A stretch of 63,193 nt of DNA from Chloroflexota bacterium (GCA_030744875.1 JASLPR010000030.1:1-63193), one strand, 5' to 3'. Counted from the stretch's first letter, positions 49,801 through 61,990 are shown. Numbers and translations: made by a program. The notes: generated by a model not told the origin, from the sequence alone.

Positions 49801-50295
49801 TTGACCTTCACCCATCTCGACGACGCCGGCCGCGCCCACATGGTCGATGTGGGGGGCAAACCCACCACTGTCCGCACCGCCGTCGCCGGCGGTCGCGTCT
49901 CCATGAAGCCAGACGCCCTGCAGATGGTCATCGACCAGGCCGCCGGGCGCGCCTCCGGGCTCAAGAAGGGCGACGTGCTGGGGGTGGCCCAGATTGCCGG
50001 CATCACCGCCGCCAAGCGCGCTTCCGAGCTGATCCCGCTGTGCCACCCGCTGCCGATCGACTCCATCGAAGTCGATCTTGAGCCGCAGCCCGAGTCCAGC
50101 TCGGTCCAGATCACCGCGCGGGTCACCACGGCCTCGCGGACCGGCGTCGAGATGGAGGCGCTGACCGCCGTCAGCGGCGCGGCGCTGACCATCTATGACA
50201 TGTGCAAGGCCGTCGACAAGGCCATGCGCATCGAGGAAGTCCGGCTCCTCAGCAAGACCGGCAGCACCAGCGGCGACTACCAGGCCGATGAATAG
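49801..50295 (+). CDS. moaC: cyclic pyranopterin monophosphate synthase MoaC
   Basis: THLD..G.A.MVDV..K, KKGDVL..A..AGI.AAK, LIPLCHPL, TGVEMEALT, YDMCKAVD. Confidence 0.96.
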   Translation: MTFTHLDDAGRAHMVDVGGKPTTVRTAVAGGRVSMKPDALQMVIDQAAGRASGLKKGDVLGVAQIAGITAAKRASELIPLCHPLPIDSIEVDLEPQPESSSVQITARVTTASRTGVEMEALTAVSGAALTIYDMCKAVDKAMRIEEVRLLSKTGSTSGDYQADE

Positions 50296-50348
50296 CGAAT
50301 TGAACCCCACGCAGTGTTCCGCAGCGGAGGCAAGGAGGAAGTACGTCT

Positions 50349-52847
<2,499 letters not shown>

Positions 52848-52861
52848 TCGCGGGCGGGCAA

Positions 52862-53575
52862 TTGGCGACGTCGGCGGGGCTGCCGGGAGATGTACGTCTG
52901 TGCCTCTTCGACCTGGACTACACGCTGATCCAGCTCATGCTCGATCCGGTCGGGGTCCACGTCGAGGTGCTGGAAACGGCCGGCCACCGGCTGCCGCGCA
53001 GGACGGTCCAGGCCGCCTACGACGCCGGCTGGGACGACTACCTGCAGGAAGGCCGGCGCTGGCCCTCGCAGGCCGAGGCTTACCTGCGGGTCGTCTGCCA
53101 CGGGCTGGCGGTGCTGGGGGTGGCCGACGCCGGTGATGAACTGGCGCGGCGCATCGACGCCCGCATCAACGACGTCTCCGACATGGCGGTCTACGACGAC
53201 TCGGTCCAGGTCCTGGAAGCGGTCCGCGCGGCCGGATTCCGGGTGGCGCTGGCCACCGGCCGTTGGCACGACCCGGTGCCCGATCTGGACCACCTGGAAC
53301 TGACCGGCTGCTTCGACCGCATCTACCACTCGGGCGAGTTTGGCCACCAGAAAGACGACGCCCGCTTCTGGGCGGCGCTGGTGGCCGACGCCGGGCTCGC
53401 GCCGGCCGAGATATTGCTGATCGACGACGCTCCGGATGCCGTCCGCGTAGCGCGCGAAGCCGGCCTGTACGCGCTGGCGATCCACCGCGCGGGCTCACCG
53501 TTGGGGCCGTTGCCCAACGCCGACCTGCGCTCGCTGCGGGCGCTGCCGCCGCTGCTGGAAATCGCCGGCGACTAG
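52862..53575 (+). CDS. HAD-superfamily hydrolase
   Basis: FDLDYTL motif I, LATG, K..., LIDD...V..A..AG. Confidence 0.85.
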   Translation: MATSAGLPGDVRLCLFDLDYTLIQLMLDPVGVHVEVLETAGHRLPRRTVQAAYDAGWDDYLQEGRRWPSQAEAYLRVVCHGLAVLGVADAGDELARRIDARINDVSDMAVYDDSVQVLEAVRAAGFRVALATGRWHDPVPDLDHLELTGCFDRIYHSGEFGHQKDDARFWAALVADAGLAPAEILLIDDAPDAVRVAREAGLYALAIHRAGSPLGPLPNADLRSLRALPPLLEIAGD

Positions 53576-55530
53576 CCCGGCGTGGCTCCGGCGCGCTTCA
53601 TGTAGACCATCAGCACGGCGATGTCGGCCGGGGTGACGCCGTTGATCCGCCCCGCCTGCCCCAGCGTCGCCGGGCGGACCCGCTCCAGTTTCTGGCGGGC
53701 CTCGGTGCGCAGGCCGCGGGCGGTCGCGAAATCGAACTCCGGCGGGATCGGGGCGTGCTCCAACTTGCGGCTGCGTTCGACGATGCGGTCCTGCTGGCGG
53801 ATGTAGCCGGAGTAGAGCGCCTCCATCTCGACCTGCGCCGCCGCCTCCCGGTCCACCGGCGGCGCGCCGGCCAATTCCCGCAGGGTGTTCAGCTTCATCC
53901 GCGGCCGTTTCAACAGGTTTGCCGCCGGGGTCGGCTCGGCGATCGGCGCGCTGTCGATGGCCCGCAGCGCAGCGGCGCTGGCGTCGTTGGCCGGGATGCG
54001 CGCCGCGTCCAGCCACTCACCGGCCGCCTCGATCGCCTGCGCCTTCTCGCGCCAGCGCCGCAATCGTGATTCGGAGGCCAGCCCGATCCGTTCCGCCACC
54101 GGCGTCAGCCGCAGGTCGGCGTTGTCCTGCCGCAGTCGCAGGCGGTATTCGGCCCGCGATGTGTGCAGGCGATAGGGCTCGTCGATCTCCTTGGTGATCA
54201 GGTCGTCGATCATCACCCCCAGGTAGGCCTGGTCGCGCCGGAAGGACAGCGGCGGCTCGCCGCGTACTGCCAGCGCGGCGTTGATCCCGGCCAGCAGTCC
54301 CTGCCCGGCCGCCTCTTCGTAGCCGGTGGTGCCGTTGATTTGCCCGGCCAGGTAAAGCCCCGTCGCCCGCTGCGTCTCCAGACTCCCGCGCAATTGCTGG
54401 GAGGGGGCGAAGTCGTACTCAATCGCGTAGCCGGCGTGGATCATTTCCACGTTGGCCAGCGCCGGGATGCTGCGCAGCAGTGCCAGTTGTACATCTTCCG
54501 GAAGACTCGTGTTGGCCCCCTGCACATAGACTTGGTTGGTGGTGAAGCCCTCCGGCTCCAGGAAAAGCTGGTGGGCGTCTTTGTCGGCGAAGCGCACGAT
54601 TTTGTCTTCGATGGAGGGGCAGTAGCGCGGCCCGGTGCTTTCGATAGACCCGTTGAACAGTGGCGCGCGGTGCAGGTTGGCGCGGATCAGATCGTGGGTG
54701 CCGGGGTTGGTGTAGATCGAGTAGCAGGCCATCTTCAGGCGTCCGTCGTGCCGCTCGGCTCCCGGGTAGACCGGATTCGGCGTCGCGCCGGCGATCTCGT
54801 CGGCGGGCACCGGGTCGAAGCTGAACTCCAGCGGCCTGGTCGAACCGGGCTGTAGCTCGGTCTGCGCGAAGTCGATCGTACGGGCGTCGATGCGCGGCGG
54901 GGTGCCGGTCTTCAGGCGGCCGATCGCGAAGCCGTGTGCGGCTAGGTCCTCGGACAGCCCCCGCGCCGGAGATTCACCGGCGCGCCCGGCCGGGTAGCTG
55001 GTGTTGCCGACGATGATCCGCCCGTTCAGGAAGGTGCCGGTGGTGACGATGACCTTTGCCCCCCGGAAACGCCGCCCCAGTTCGGTCTCCACCCCGACCA
55101 CCCGCCAGTCGTCACCGCCGCCTTCCCAGAGCAGCCCGGTCACTGAGCCCTGGCGCAAATCGAGGTTCGGCTGCCCGCGCAGCACCCGGCCCATCGCCCG
55201 CGCGTAAAGCCACTTGTCGCACTGCGCCCGCAGCGCTCGCACCGCCGGCCCCTTGCCGGTGTTGAGCATTCGTATCTGCAGTTGGGTGCGGTCGGTGACG
55301 CGCGCCATCTCGCCGCCCAGGGCGTCGATCTCGCGCACCAGGTGCCCCTTGGCCGGGCCGCCGATCGAAGGGTTGCAGGGCATCCCGGCGACGGAGTCCG
55401 GGTCCATGGTCAGCAGCAGGGTGCGCGCGCCGAGGCGGGCGGCGGCCAGCGCGGCCTCGCAGCCGGCATGCCCGGCGCCGACCACGATCACTCCGTAGCC
55501 GTTGCGCCCGCTGTCGCCGTCGGGAGTCAT
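53572..55530 (-). CDS. mnmG: tRNA uridine-5-carboxymethylaminomethyl modification enzyme MnmG (GidA)
   Basis: GAGHAGCEAA, MPCNPSIGG.AKG, RLKTGTPPR, GPRYCPSIEDK, GQINGTTGYEEAA.QG, SRAEYRL.LR.DNAD. Confidence 0.97.
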   Translation of the reverse strand: MTPDGDSGRNGYGVIVVGAGHAGCEAALAAARLGARTLLLTMDPDSVAGMPCNPSIGGPAKGHLVREIDALGGEMARVTDRTQLQIRMLNTGKGPAVRALRAQCDKWLYARAMGRVLRGQPNLDLRQGSVTGLLWEGGGDDWRVVGVETELGRRFRGAKVIVTTGTFLNGRIIVGNTSYPAGRAGESPARGLSEDLAAHGFAIGRLKTGTPPRIDARTIDFAQTELQPGSTRPLEFSFDPVPADEIAGATPNPVYPGAERHDGRLKMACYSIYTNPGTHDLIRANLHRAPLFNGSIESTGPRYCPSIEDKIVRFADKDAHQLFLEPEGFTTNQVYVQGANTSLPEDVQLALLRSIPALANVEMIHAGYAIEYDFAPSQQLRGSLETQRATGLYLAGQINGTTGYEEAAGQGLLAGINAALAVRGEPPLSFRRDQAYLGVMIDDLITKEIDEPYRLHTSRAEYRLRLRQDNADLRLTPVAERIGLASESRLRRWREKAQAIEAAGEWLDAARIPANDASAAALRAIDSAPIAEPTPAANLLKRPRMKLNTLRELAGAPPVDREAAAQVEMEALYSGYIRQQDRIVERSRKLEHAPIPPEFDFATARGLRTEARQKLERVRPATLGQAGRINGVTPADIAVLMVYMKRAGATPG

Positions 55531-56356
55531 GTTTCGATGCCCAGCCTTTCGTGGCCGCGACTACAATCTGCACAAGCCTATATGGTGGCCCAGTGTTTCG
55601 CGTGGGGGCAATATCGCGACTACCTTCCAGAATCCGTCGTCCGGGTCCGGCGCCGCCGAGCCACTGCGCGGCGCCCACCCGGTGGAGGCCTACGTGGTGC
55701 CGTTGCCCGACGGCGCGGCCACGTTCTTCGACCCGGACTTGGCTCGGCTCGATCCCGCCGCCGCGCCGCTGCGCCTGGATGTGCACAGCCCCTACGCGCT
55801 GAGCGACGGCGAACTGACTTATTTGCAGACCGAGTTCGAGGCGGCGATGGTTGAGTACGCCGAGCGCACGGCTGCCCGCGACCGGCCCTGGCGCCGGGCG
55901 GCGGCCATCGGGCTATTGGACCTGGTGGTGTTGGTAGGGCTGCTCCTCTTTGCATCGACCAACGCTGACCGTGCCTTTTTGATTTTCGCCTGGGCGTTCC
56001 TGCTTGCTTTGCTGCCGGGGCCCTTGATCGCGGTCCGGTTCATAGCGCGCCGGCGGCGGCAGGCGCGGGCCGGACGGCTGCAGAGGGCCGGCTTCGCCGG
56101 GGCGATCAGCGGCCAGGGCGGTTCCGGAACGGCGTTTGTGAAGGGTGTCTGGGACGGACTTGAGCGTGCCGGCGGCGACCGCGATCTGCTGACCCTGGAG
56201 CGCATCTGCCGGGTGAACAACTGGCCGGCCGGAGTGCGTTTCTACCGCTCCCGCCGCAGCGGTCGGGACCGGCCCGGTCACCGGGGCTGGCTGGGCTGGT
56301 TGGTCGGCGGCGGGCGCCCGCACTACGTCCCGGCGGTAGTGAGCCGCGCCCGATGA
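55502..56356 (+). CDS. hypothetical 2-TM membrane protein (orfA); true start probably ~55610
   Basis: Two TM helices and ATGA coupling to the next ORF. A TACAAT -10 at 55562 implies a later start. Confidence 0.7.
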   Translation: MRPLSPSGVMFRCPAFRGRDYNLHKPIWWPSVSRGGNIATTFQNPSSGSGAAEPLRGAHPVEAYVVPLPDGAATFFDPDLARLDPAAAPLRLDVHSPYALSDGELTYLQTEFEAAMVEYAERTAARDRPWRRAAAIGLLDLVVLVGLLLFASTNADRAFLIFAWAFLLALLPGPLIAVRFIARRRRQARAGRLQRAGFAGAISGQGGSGTAFVKGVWDGLERAGGDRDLLTLERICRVNNWPAGVRFYRSRRSGRDRPGHRGWLGWLVGGGRPHYVPAVVSRAR

Positions 56357-57117
56357 GAACCGCCACCTGCCTGGGGATTCCGGTGGTCGACGGCACGGTC
56401 GTGACGGCCACCTACGCCTCGCGGCGGCTGCTGGGCAACACGGCCTTCGCCGGAGCGGCGGTGACGGTGCAGGCGGCGATCGCCGCCGACGGCCGGGTCA
56501 CCGAGAGGGATCTGGAACATGCCTGCCGCCTGCAGGCCCGCCGCTTCCTCTTGCAGAGCGACGGGGTCACGGCCGGCTGGTCGCGGCGCGGCGGCGGGCT
56601 GTGGCTGGCTTTGCCGGGCATGGTGCTGGGCGTGGCGCTGATCGTCGCCTCGCTCGGTTTCTGGCTGCCGGCGGTGGCCGGGGTCTGGCTGCTGGCGTTG
56701 CGCCCGTGGCTGCTGATGCGGTTGCGTCGCCGGCGTCCCGCCGCGGTTGCCGAATCGCCGTCAATCGCAGTGCGGCGGGTCGCCCACCTGGGCATCGGTG
56801 CGCTGCGCGAGGTCATCGCCCGCAATCTCGAAGAGAACCTGGCTTACGCCGAGGCCTACGAGGTCAGCCGCCGGCTGGGAATCAGGGAGGCCGCCGACCT
56901 CTACACGAGCCTGCTGCTCGACCCGCGCCCGGCTGCACTAGCCCCGGAAGACGGCCTGTGGCTGCCCGACGCCACGACCGTGCGTGAGGTGCTGTCCGAG
57001 GCGCCGTTGGCCGGCGATGAAGGCCTGAAACCGGTGGAGCCCGAGATGGAGGCCATCGACGCCGAGATCCTCGACGCCGATTTTGAAGCCTCCGACGAGA
57101 CCGGGCCGGTGGCTTGA
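56353..57117 (+). CDS. hypothetical 2-TM membrane protein with acidic tail (orfB)
   Basis: Two TM helices; overlaps both neighbours. Confidence 0.75.
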   Translation: MRTATCLGIPVVDGTVVTATYASRRLLGNTAFAGAAVTVQAAIAADGRVTERDLEHACRLQARRFLLQSDGVTAGWSRRGGGLWLALPGMVLGVALIVASLGFWLPAVAGVWLLALRPWLLMRLRRRRPAAVAESPSIAVRRVAHLGIGALREVIARNLEENLAYAEAYEVSRRLGIREAADLYTSLLLDPRPAALAPEDGLWLPDATTVREVLSEAPLAGDEGLKPVEPEMEAIDAEILDADFEASDETGPVA

Positions 57118-58187
57118 TGCATGCCGTGGCCGACCAACCGCTGACGCTGCGCATTCCGCTGCACGACGACGCCTACGCGGTGCTGGCCGACGAGCGGCGC
57201 TGGCAGGAGGAGTTCGCCACCGTGCGCCTGCCCTACGAGCGGCGGGTGCTGGCCGAAAGCCAACTCGGCCCTCAGGCCTGGGTGCGGCTGACCATATACA
57301 CCATCGGCGAGGGCCGGGCCGGTGGGGTGGTGTGGATCGACCTGGCCTCGTCGCGGCCGAGCAGCGCCGAAATCATCACCGGCCGGGCGCTGCTGCGCGC
57401 CTTCGCCGCCGACTCGTCCGAGCGTCGCCGGCTGCTGTCGCGGCTGCTCCTGCACTTCGTGACCCTCGAATACACCGTAGACGCCGAGCGTCCAACCTGG
57501 CGGGTGCCGGCTTCCGGCGGCGGGATCGGCAGCGTGCTGGTGGGCGGGGCGATGAATGCCAACCCGGCCATCTGGAATGCCCTGCGCGCCGACCTGGAAC
57601 AGGCCCGGCCCTCGATGGTGGTGGGGCTGCGCGACGCCGGCGGGGTACCCGCCGACGGTCGCTCTGACGGGCTGGTTACGCTGCCGGTGACACTGGGTGA
57701 TCTGCAATCGGTCCACCTGCTCGGGTCGCTCGACGCCCGCTGGCGCGACCGCTTCGGCCGCCACGACCCGCGCCGTGGCTATCGATGGTTTGCCGAGCGC
57801 TTCGCGCAATTGCCCGAATTACCGGCCAGTTGCTTCCTGTCGAGCTTCCTGCGCTTCGGCGACAACCGCACCCGGCACCGCTTGGTCCCGGATCGCCTCG
57901 AAGAGACCGAGCTGCCCGTCTACTACCCGAAGTCGCCGGCGGAGCTGGCCGGGCTGGCCGCCGCCGGGCTGATCCCGGTCTTCCCCGGGGTGTTCTGGGA
58001 CGTGTCGCGCTCCGACGGCGGCGATCCGCTGACGACCGCCGGCCATGCCCACCGCCACCTGGGGGCCTTCGGGCTGACCGCCCTAGCGACCGCCGACAGC
58101 CCGACCCGCCGCGCCAATTTCCTCCTCGCGGCGGCCGCCGCCGCGATCGTCGCCGCCGCCGGCGAGGCCGGGCCGAACGATGGCTGA
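57114..58187 (+). CDS. hypothetical soluble protein (orfC), possibly a degenerate M14 carboxypeptidase-like fold
   Basis: 357 aa, coupled to both neighbours. Weak pattern similarity only (RPSMVVGLRD versus RP..V.DLH). Confidence 0.65.
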   Translation: MMHAVADQPLTLRIPLHDDAYAVLADERRWQEEFATVRLPYERRVLAESQLGPQAWVRLTIYTIGEGRAGGVVWIDLASSRPSSAEIITGRALLRAFAADSSERRRLLSRLLLHFVTLEYTVDAERPTWRVPASGGGIGSVLVGGAMNANPAIWNALRADLEQARPSMVVGLRDAGGVPADGRSDGLVTLPVTLGDLQSVHLLGSLDARWRDRFGRHDPRRGYRWFAERFAQLPELPASCFLSSFLRFGDNRTRHRLVPDRLEETELPVYYPKSPAELAGLAAAGLIPVFPGVFWDVSRSDGGDPLTTAGHAHRHLGAFGLTALATADSPTRRANFLLAAAAAAIVAAAGEAGPNDG

Positions 58188-59808
58188 GCGCCCGCCCGAA
58201 GAAAACCGCGAAGACCCTTTTGACCTTGAGATTGAGCCGATTGATGCCGAGGTCGTTGACCTGGACGACGCGCCGATCGCCGCCGAACCGGACGACCCGG
58301 CGCAGTTCGCTCCCGGCGGCGAGCCCGAAGCCGCCCCGCCGCCCCCCCCTCTGCCGCGGGTCCAGTACGCCGAGATACCCGATCCGTTCGGCGAGGGCAT
58401 CCTGGTGGCCCACGACCGCCAGGCGCTGGTGGCGGCCATCGCCGCCGGCGACCCCCGACGTGGCATCCAGGCCGCCGACGACCTAGTCTGGTCGCCCGAA
58501 TCGCGGGTGCGTGACATTGAGGAAGCCGCCGTGGCGCAGCTGCGCGGGCGACGCGTGCGGCGCGGCGCGCGGTGCATCTTCTGGCGAGTGGTGGCGGTGG
58601 CGCTGCCGCTGCTGGTGGCGGCGCTGCTGGGCGACCTGGGCCTGCTGCTGCGGCTGATTCCGGTGGTCGGGCCGCCGGTCGGGGAATTCGTCGGATCGGC
58701 GGGGGCGTCACTGGGCGGGCTGCCGCTGGGCTTCGCCATCGCGATCCTACCGTCAATCTGGCTGTGGCGGCGCAAGAGTTCCGACCCGGACGATTACTGG
58801 CCGAAACTGCCCCGGCGGCTGCCCCGGAACTTTGAGTTCGTGCCGATCGAGCGCGACCTGGCCGGGTTCACCGCCGATGTCGAGTCCACGATCCAGGAAT
58901 CCCGGGAACTCGCTCGCGGCCGGCAGTCGGTGGCCGGTGCCGACGCGGTGCGCCTGGAGGAAGTGGTGCATCGCGCCTACCGCCAGGCCCGCCGCGCCGG
59001 TATCGACGTGGCGGCGGCGGTCTACCTGGACCTGCGCCGTCGGCTGCACGCGGCGGCGCGCCCGCCACCAAAACGACTTGGCTTCCTGACCGGCCGGCGC
59101 AACGCCGCCGAACTGGCCGATCTGCTGGCGCCCTACCGGCCAACCAACGCGCGGGCGTCGTCCGGGCTGGTCGGCGGCGCCTTCCGGGTGCTGGCCGGGC
59201 TCGTGGCGGCGTTGGCGATTTTCTTCCTGGCCGGCCTGTTTCGGATCGGCCCGACCGACTTCGAGGTCATTCGGCCGAACACCGCCTGGGCCTTCCCCGG
59301 CTCGCTGGACCACCTGGACGCCGGCGGGCTCTCTTGGATGGCTGTCGATGGGGTGGATGAGGCCAGCGCCATCCCGGTCTACGGCCCCGGTTGGTTCTGG
59401 GCCTGGCCGGTGCCGCTGACTCGTCGCGAACACGTGCCGACCACCGACCACATAGTATCGGTGCAGGCGCTGCTGGGCGCGCGCGACGAGTCCGGTTTTG
59501 ACACTCTCGAAATCGACTTTAGCTACCAGATCGAAGACGTGCGCGTCTGGGTGAGCCGCGGGTCGAACGCCCGCGCCGAAGACGTCGTGGCCGACACGAT
59601 CGCGCAGAACCTGGCGGACTTCATTGAGGTGCAACGGCGCGATATCCAGTCGCGGCGGAGCGGCGTGGCGACCGAGATTCTCAAGGACAACATGACCGAC
59701 ATCCTCGAACGCTACGCCGGCGGGATCAACAGCGACGCCGAGATTCGTGCGCTCGGCATCCGCATCGAGACGGTTACCGATTTCGGTTTTGCCGTCTTCC
59801 GCCCCTGA
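58180..59808 (+). CDS. hypothetical membrane protein with C-terminal SPFH/HflK-like domain (orfD)
   Basis: Acidic N-terminus, TM pair, a third TM, then GPGWFWAWPVPL...V...L...D......IDFSYQIED (HflK/Band-7-like). Confidence 0.7.
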   Translation: MAERPPEENREDPFDLEIEPIDAEVVDLDDAPIAAEPDDPAQFAPGGEPEAAPPPPPLPRVQYAEIPDPFGEGILVAHDRQALVAAIAAGDPRRGIQAADDLVWSPESRVRDIEEAAVAQLRGRRVRRGARCIFWRVVAVALPLLVAALLGDLGLLLRLIPVVGPPVGEFVGSAGASLGGLPLGFAIAILPSIWLWRRKSSDPDDYWPKLPRRLPRNFEFVPIERDLAGFTADVESTIQESRELARGRQSVAGADAVRLEEVVHRAYRQARRAGIDVAAAVYLDLRRRLHAAARPPPKRLGFLTGRRNAAELADLLAPYRPTNARASSGLVGGAFRVLAGLVAALAIFFLAGLFRIGPTDFEVIRPNTAWAFPGSLDHLDAGGLSWMAVDGVDEASAIPVYGPGWFWAWPVPLTRREHVPTTDHIVSVQALLGARDESGFDTLEIDFSYQIEDVRVWVSRGSNARAEDVVADTIAQNLADFIEVQRRDIQSRRSGVATEILKDNMTDILERYAGGINSDAEIRALGIRIETVTDFGFAVFRP

Positions 59809-59814
59809 CCCGCC

Positions 59815-60582
59815 GTGGCTGAAGGCGAGCACCCGCGCACCGTCGGGGCGATCCTGCGCGGCTGGCGGGGGCAGCGCAACGTTTCGCTCAAGGAAATCGC
59901 CGGTCGCACGCGGATTCGCATGGACATCCTGCAGGCGCTGGAGAACGACAGTTTCGAGGCGCTGCCGGCGGCGGTCTACGTAACCGGCTACATCCGCGGC
60001 TGCGCCCGCGCGCTGGACCAGGACCCGGCCCCGGCGCTGGAGGCCTATGCTGCCCAGACGCGCATCCCCGGGGTGGAGTACATGCCCGATACCAACACGC
60101 CGATCGGCTACGACCGCCGGCCGTCGTTGCGCTCGGTGGGGTTGTTGGTGGCCACGCTGGTGGCGATAGTGGTGCTGATCAACCTCTTCGTGCGCAACTA
60201 CGAACCGGTGGAGGCCGGGCTGGCCGCGCCGCCGACGCCGGAGACGACCGCGACCCCGGCGCCGGATCCGACCGCGACGCTGTCGCTGATCCCGCCCTTC
60301 CAGACCCGCGAGTCAGAACCGATTGGGGATGTGGACGACCTGCGCTTTAGGCTCGTCGCCGAGATGAATGTGAGCGTGCAGGTCTTTATCGACGGCGAGC
60401 CCGTCTTCACCGGGTTCATGAACCCCGGCGAAAGCCGCGAGTGGTCCGCCGACGATTCGGCGCGGCTGGTGGTCAACGACGCCGGCGGCCTGCGGGTGGA
60501 GATCGACGGCACGTCGGTGGGGCCGCTGGGCAGGGTCGGCGAACGGGTCGAGCGCGAGTGGAGCAAGTCCGATCGCCCCTAG
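59815..60582 (+). CDS. RodZ-like helix-turn-helix membrane protein (HTH_25 + DUF4115)
   Basis: G.IL...R....SL.EI...TRI....L.ALE...F..LP..VY..GYI; one TM; C-terminal beta domain. Sits upstream of rimO. Confidence 0.85.
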   Translation: MAEGEHPRTVGAILRGWRGQRNVSLKEIAGRTRIRMDILQALENDSFEALPAAVYVTGYIRGCARALDQDPAPALEAYAAQTRIPGVEYMPDTNTPIGYDRRPSLRSVGLLVATLVAIVVLINLFVRNYEPVEAGLAAPPTPETTATPAPDPTATLSLIPPFQTRESEPIGDVDDLRFRLVAEMNVSVQVFIDGEPVFTGFMNPGESREWSADDSARLVVNDAGGLRVEIDGTSVGPLGRVGERVEREWSKSDRP

Positions 60583-60610
60583 CCAGGCGCCGGCGGCCGG
60601 CACGTTCTAC

Positions 60611-61990
60611 TTGGTCAACTACGGCTGCCCGAAGAACCTGGTCGACGGCGAGGGCATGGCGGCGCGACTGCTGGACGCGGGGTTGGCGCCGGCCGGGCCC
60701 GACGACGCCGACTACCTGATCGTCAACACCTGCGGGTTCATCGGGCCGGCTGAAGAGGAGTCCACCGACGCGCTGGCCGAAGTGGCCGGGACGAAACGGG
60801 AGGGCCAGCGCCTGATCGCTGCCGGCTGCCTGTCCGAGCGGCGCGGGACCGCGCTGGCCGGCGCGGTGCCGGGTATCGACGGCGTGCTGGGAACGCGGCG
60901 CTGGGCGGAGATCGGCGACCTGATCGATTCGTTCGCCACCATCCCCCGCCCGGCCCGGCTGGGCGTCGCGCCGGCGCTGGCCGACCCGGCTCCCCGCCTG
61001 ATCGGCGGCCCCAGCGCCTACGTGAAGATCGCCGACGGCTGCAACAAGAATTGCAGCTTCTGTACGATCCCCTCCTTCAAGGGACGGCAGATTTCGCGAC
61101 CGGTGGGCGACCTGCTGGATGAACTGGAAGCCCTGGCTGCCGGTGGGGTCCGCGAGGCGGTGCTGGTGGCCCAGGAACTGGGCTCCTACGGGCTGGACCT
61201 GCCCGGAGCGGGGGCCGGGCTTGTCGACCTGCTGGGTTCGATTCAGGACTCGCCGGGGCCGGACTGGATCAGGCTCATGTACCTCTACCCTTCGATGCTG
61301 ACCGATGAGTTGCTGGACGCCATCGCCGGGCTGCCGCGCCTCTGCAACTACATCGACGTGCCGGTGCAGCACTCGTCGGCGGGGGTGCTGCGGGCGATGC
61401 GCCGGCCGGCCGGCGCCGCCGGGATCGCCGGGCGCATCCGCGATGCCCGCCGGCGCCATCCCGACTTCGCCTTTCGGACCACGATCATCGTTGGCTTTCC
61501 CGGCGAGACCGAAGCCGACTTCGCCGATCTGTGCCGGTTTGTGGAGGAGGCGGCCTTTGACCACCTGGGCGCTTTCACCTACTCGCCCGAGGACGGCACC
61601 CCGGCCGTGACGCTGCCCGACCAGATCGACCCGGCTCTGCAGGACGAGCGCTACGCCCAGTTGATGGAGATCCAGCAGCGAATCGCGCGGCGTCGGCGCG
61701 AGGTCCGCGTCGATACCGAGATCGATGTGCTGGTCGAGGAGACCTTACCCGGACCGACGCTGGACGGCTACCAGGCGGCCGGGCGCAGCCGCGGCGAGGC
61801 CCCCGAAATCGATGGCCGGGTGCTGCTGGACCTGCCGCTGGCGGCGGGCCAGATTGTGCGCGCGCGGGTGACGGCGGCGCAGCCCTACGACCTCTTCGCG
61901 GCGGTGACCGGCTCGCCCGACGGGCCGCTGGCGCTGGCGGCCGCGGCAAAACCGGAGGAGCCAGCAAAGCCAGCGGAGCCGGACCTCTAG
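60611..61990 (+). CDS. rimO: ribosomal protein S12 methylthiotransferase RimO
   Basis: GCPKNLVD.E, VNTCGFI..A.EES, GCL.ER, YVKIADGCNKNCSFC.IP, WIRLMYLYP, IVGFPGET, TRAM domain APEIDG. Confidence 0.95.
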   Translation: MVNYGCPKNLVDGEGMAARLLDAGLAPAGPDDADYLIVNTCGFIGPAEEESTDALAEVAGTKREGQRLIAAGCLSERRGTALAGAVPGIDGVLGTRRWAEIGDLIDSFATIPRPARLGVAPALADPAPRLIGGPSAYVKIADGCNKNCSFCTIPSFKGRQISRPVGDLLDELEALAAGGVREAVLVAQELGSYGLDLPGAGAGLVDLLGSIQDSPGPDWIRLMYLYPSMLTDELLDAIAGLPRLCNYIDVPVQHSSAGVLRAMRRPAGAAGIAGRIRDARRRHPDFAFRTTIIVGFPGETEADFADLCRFVEEAAFDHLGAFTYSPEDGTPAVTLPDQIDPALQDERYAQLMEIQQRIARRRREVRVDTEIDVLVEETLPGPTLDGYQAAGRSRGEAPEIDGRVLLDLPLAAGQIVRARVTAAQPYDLFAAVTGSPDGPLALAAAAKPEEPAKPAEPDL

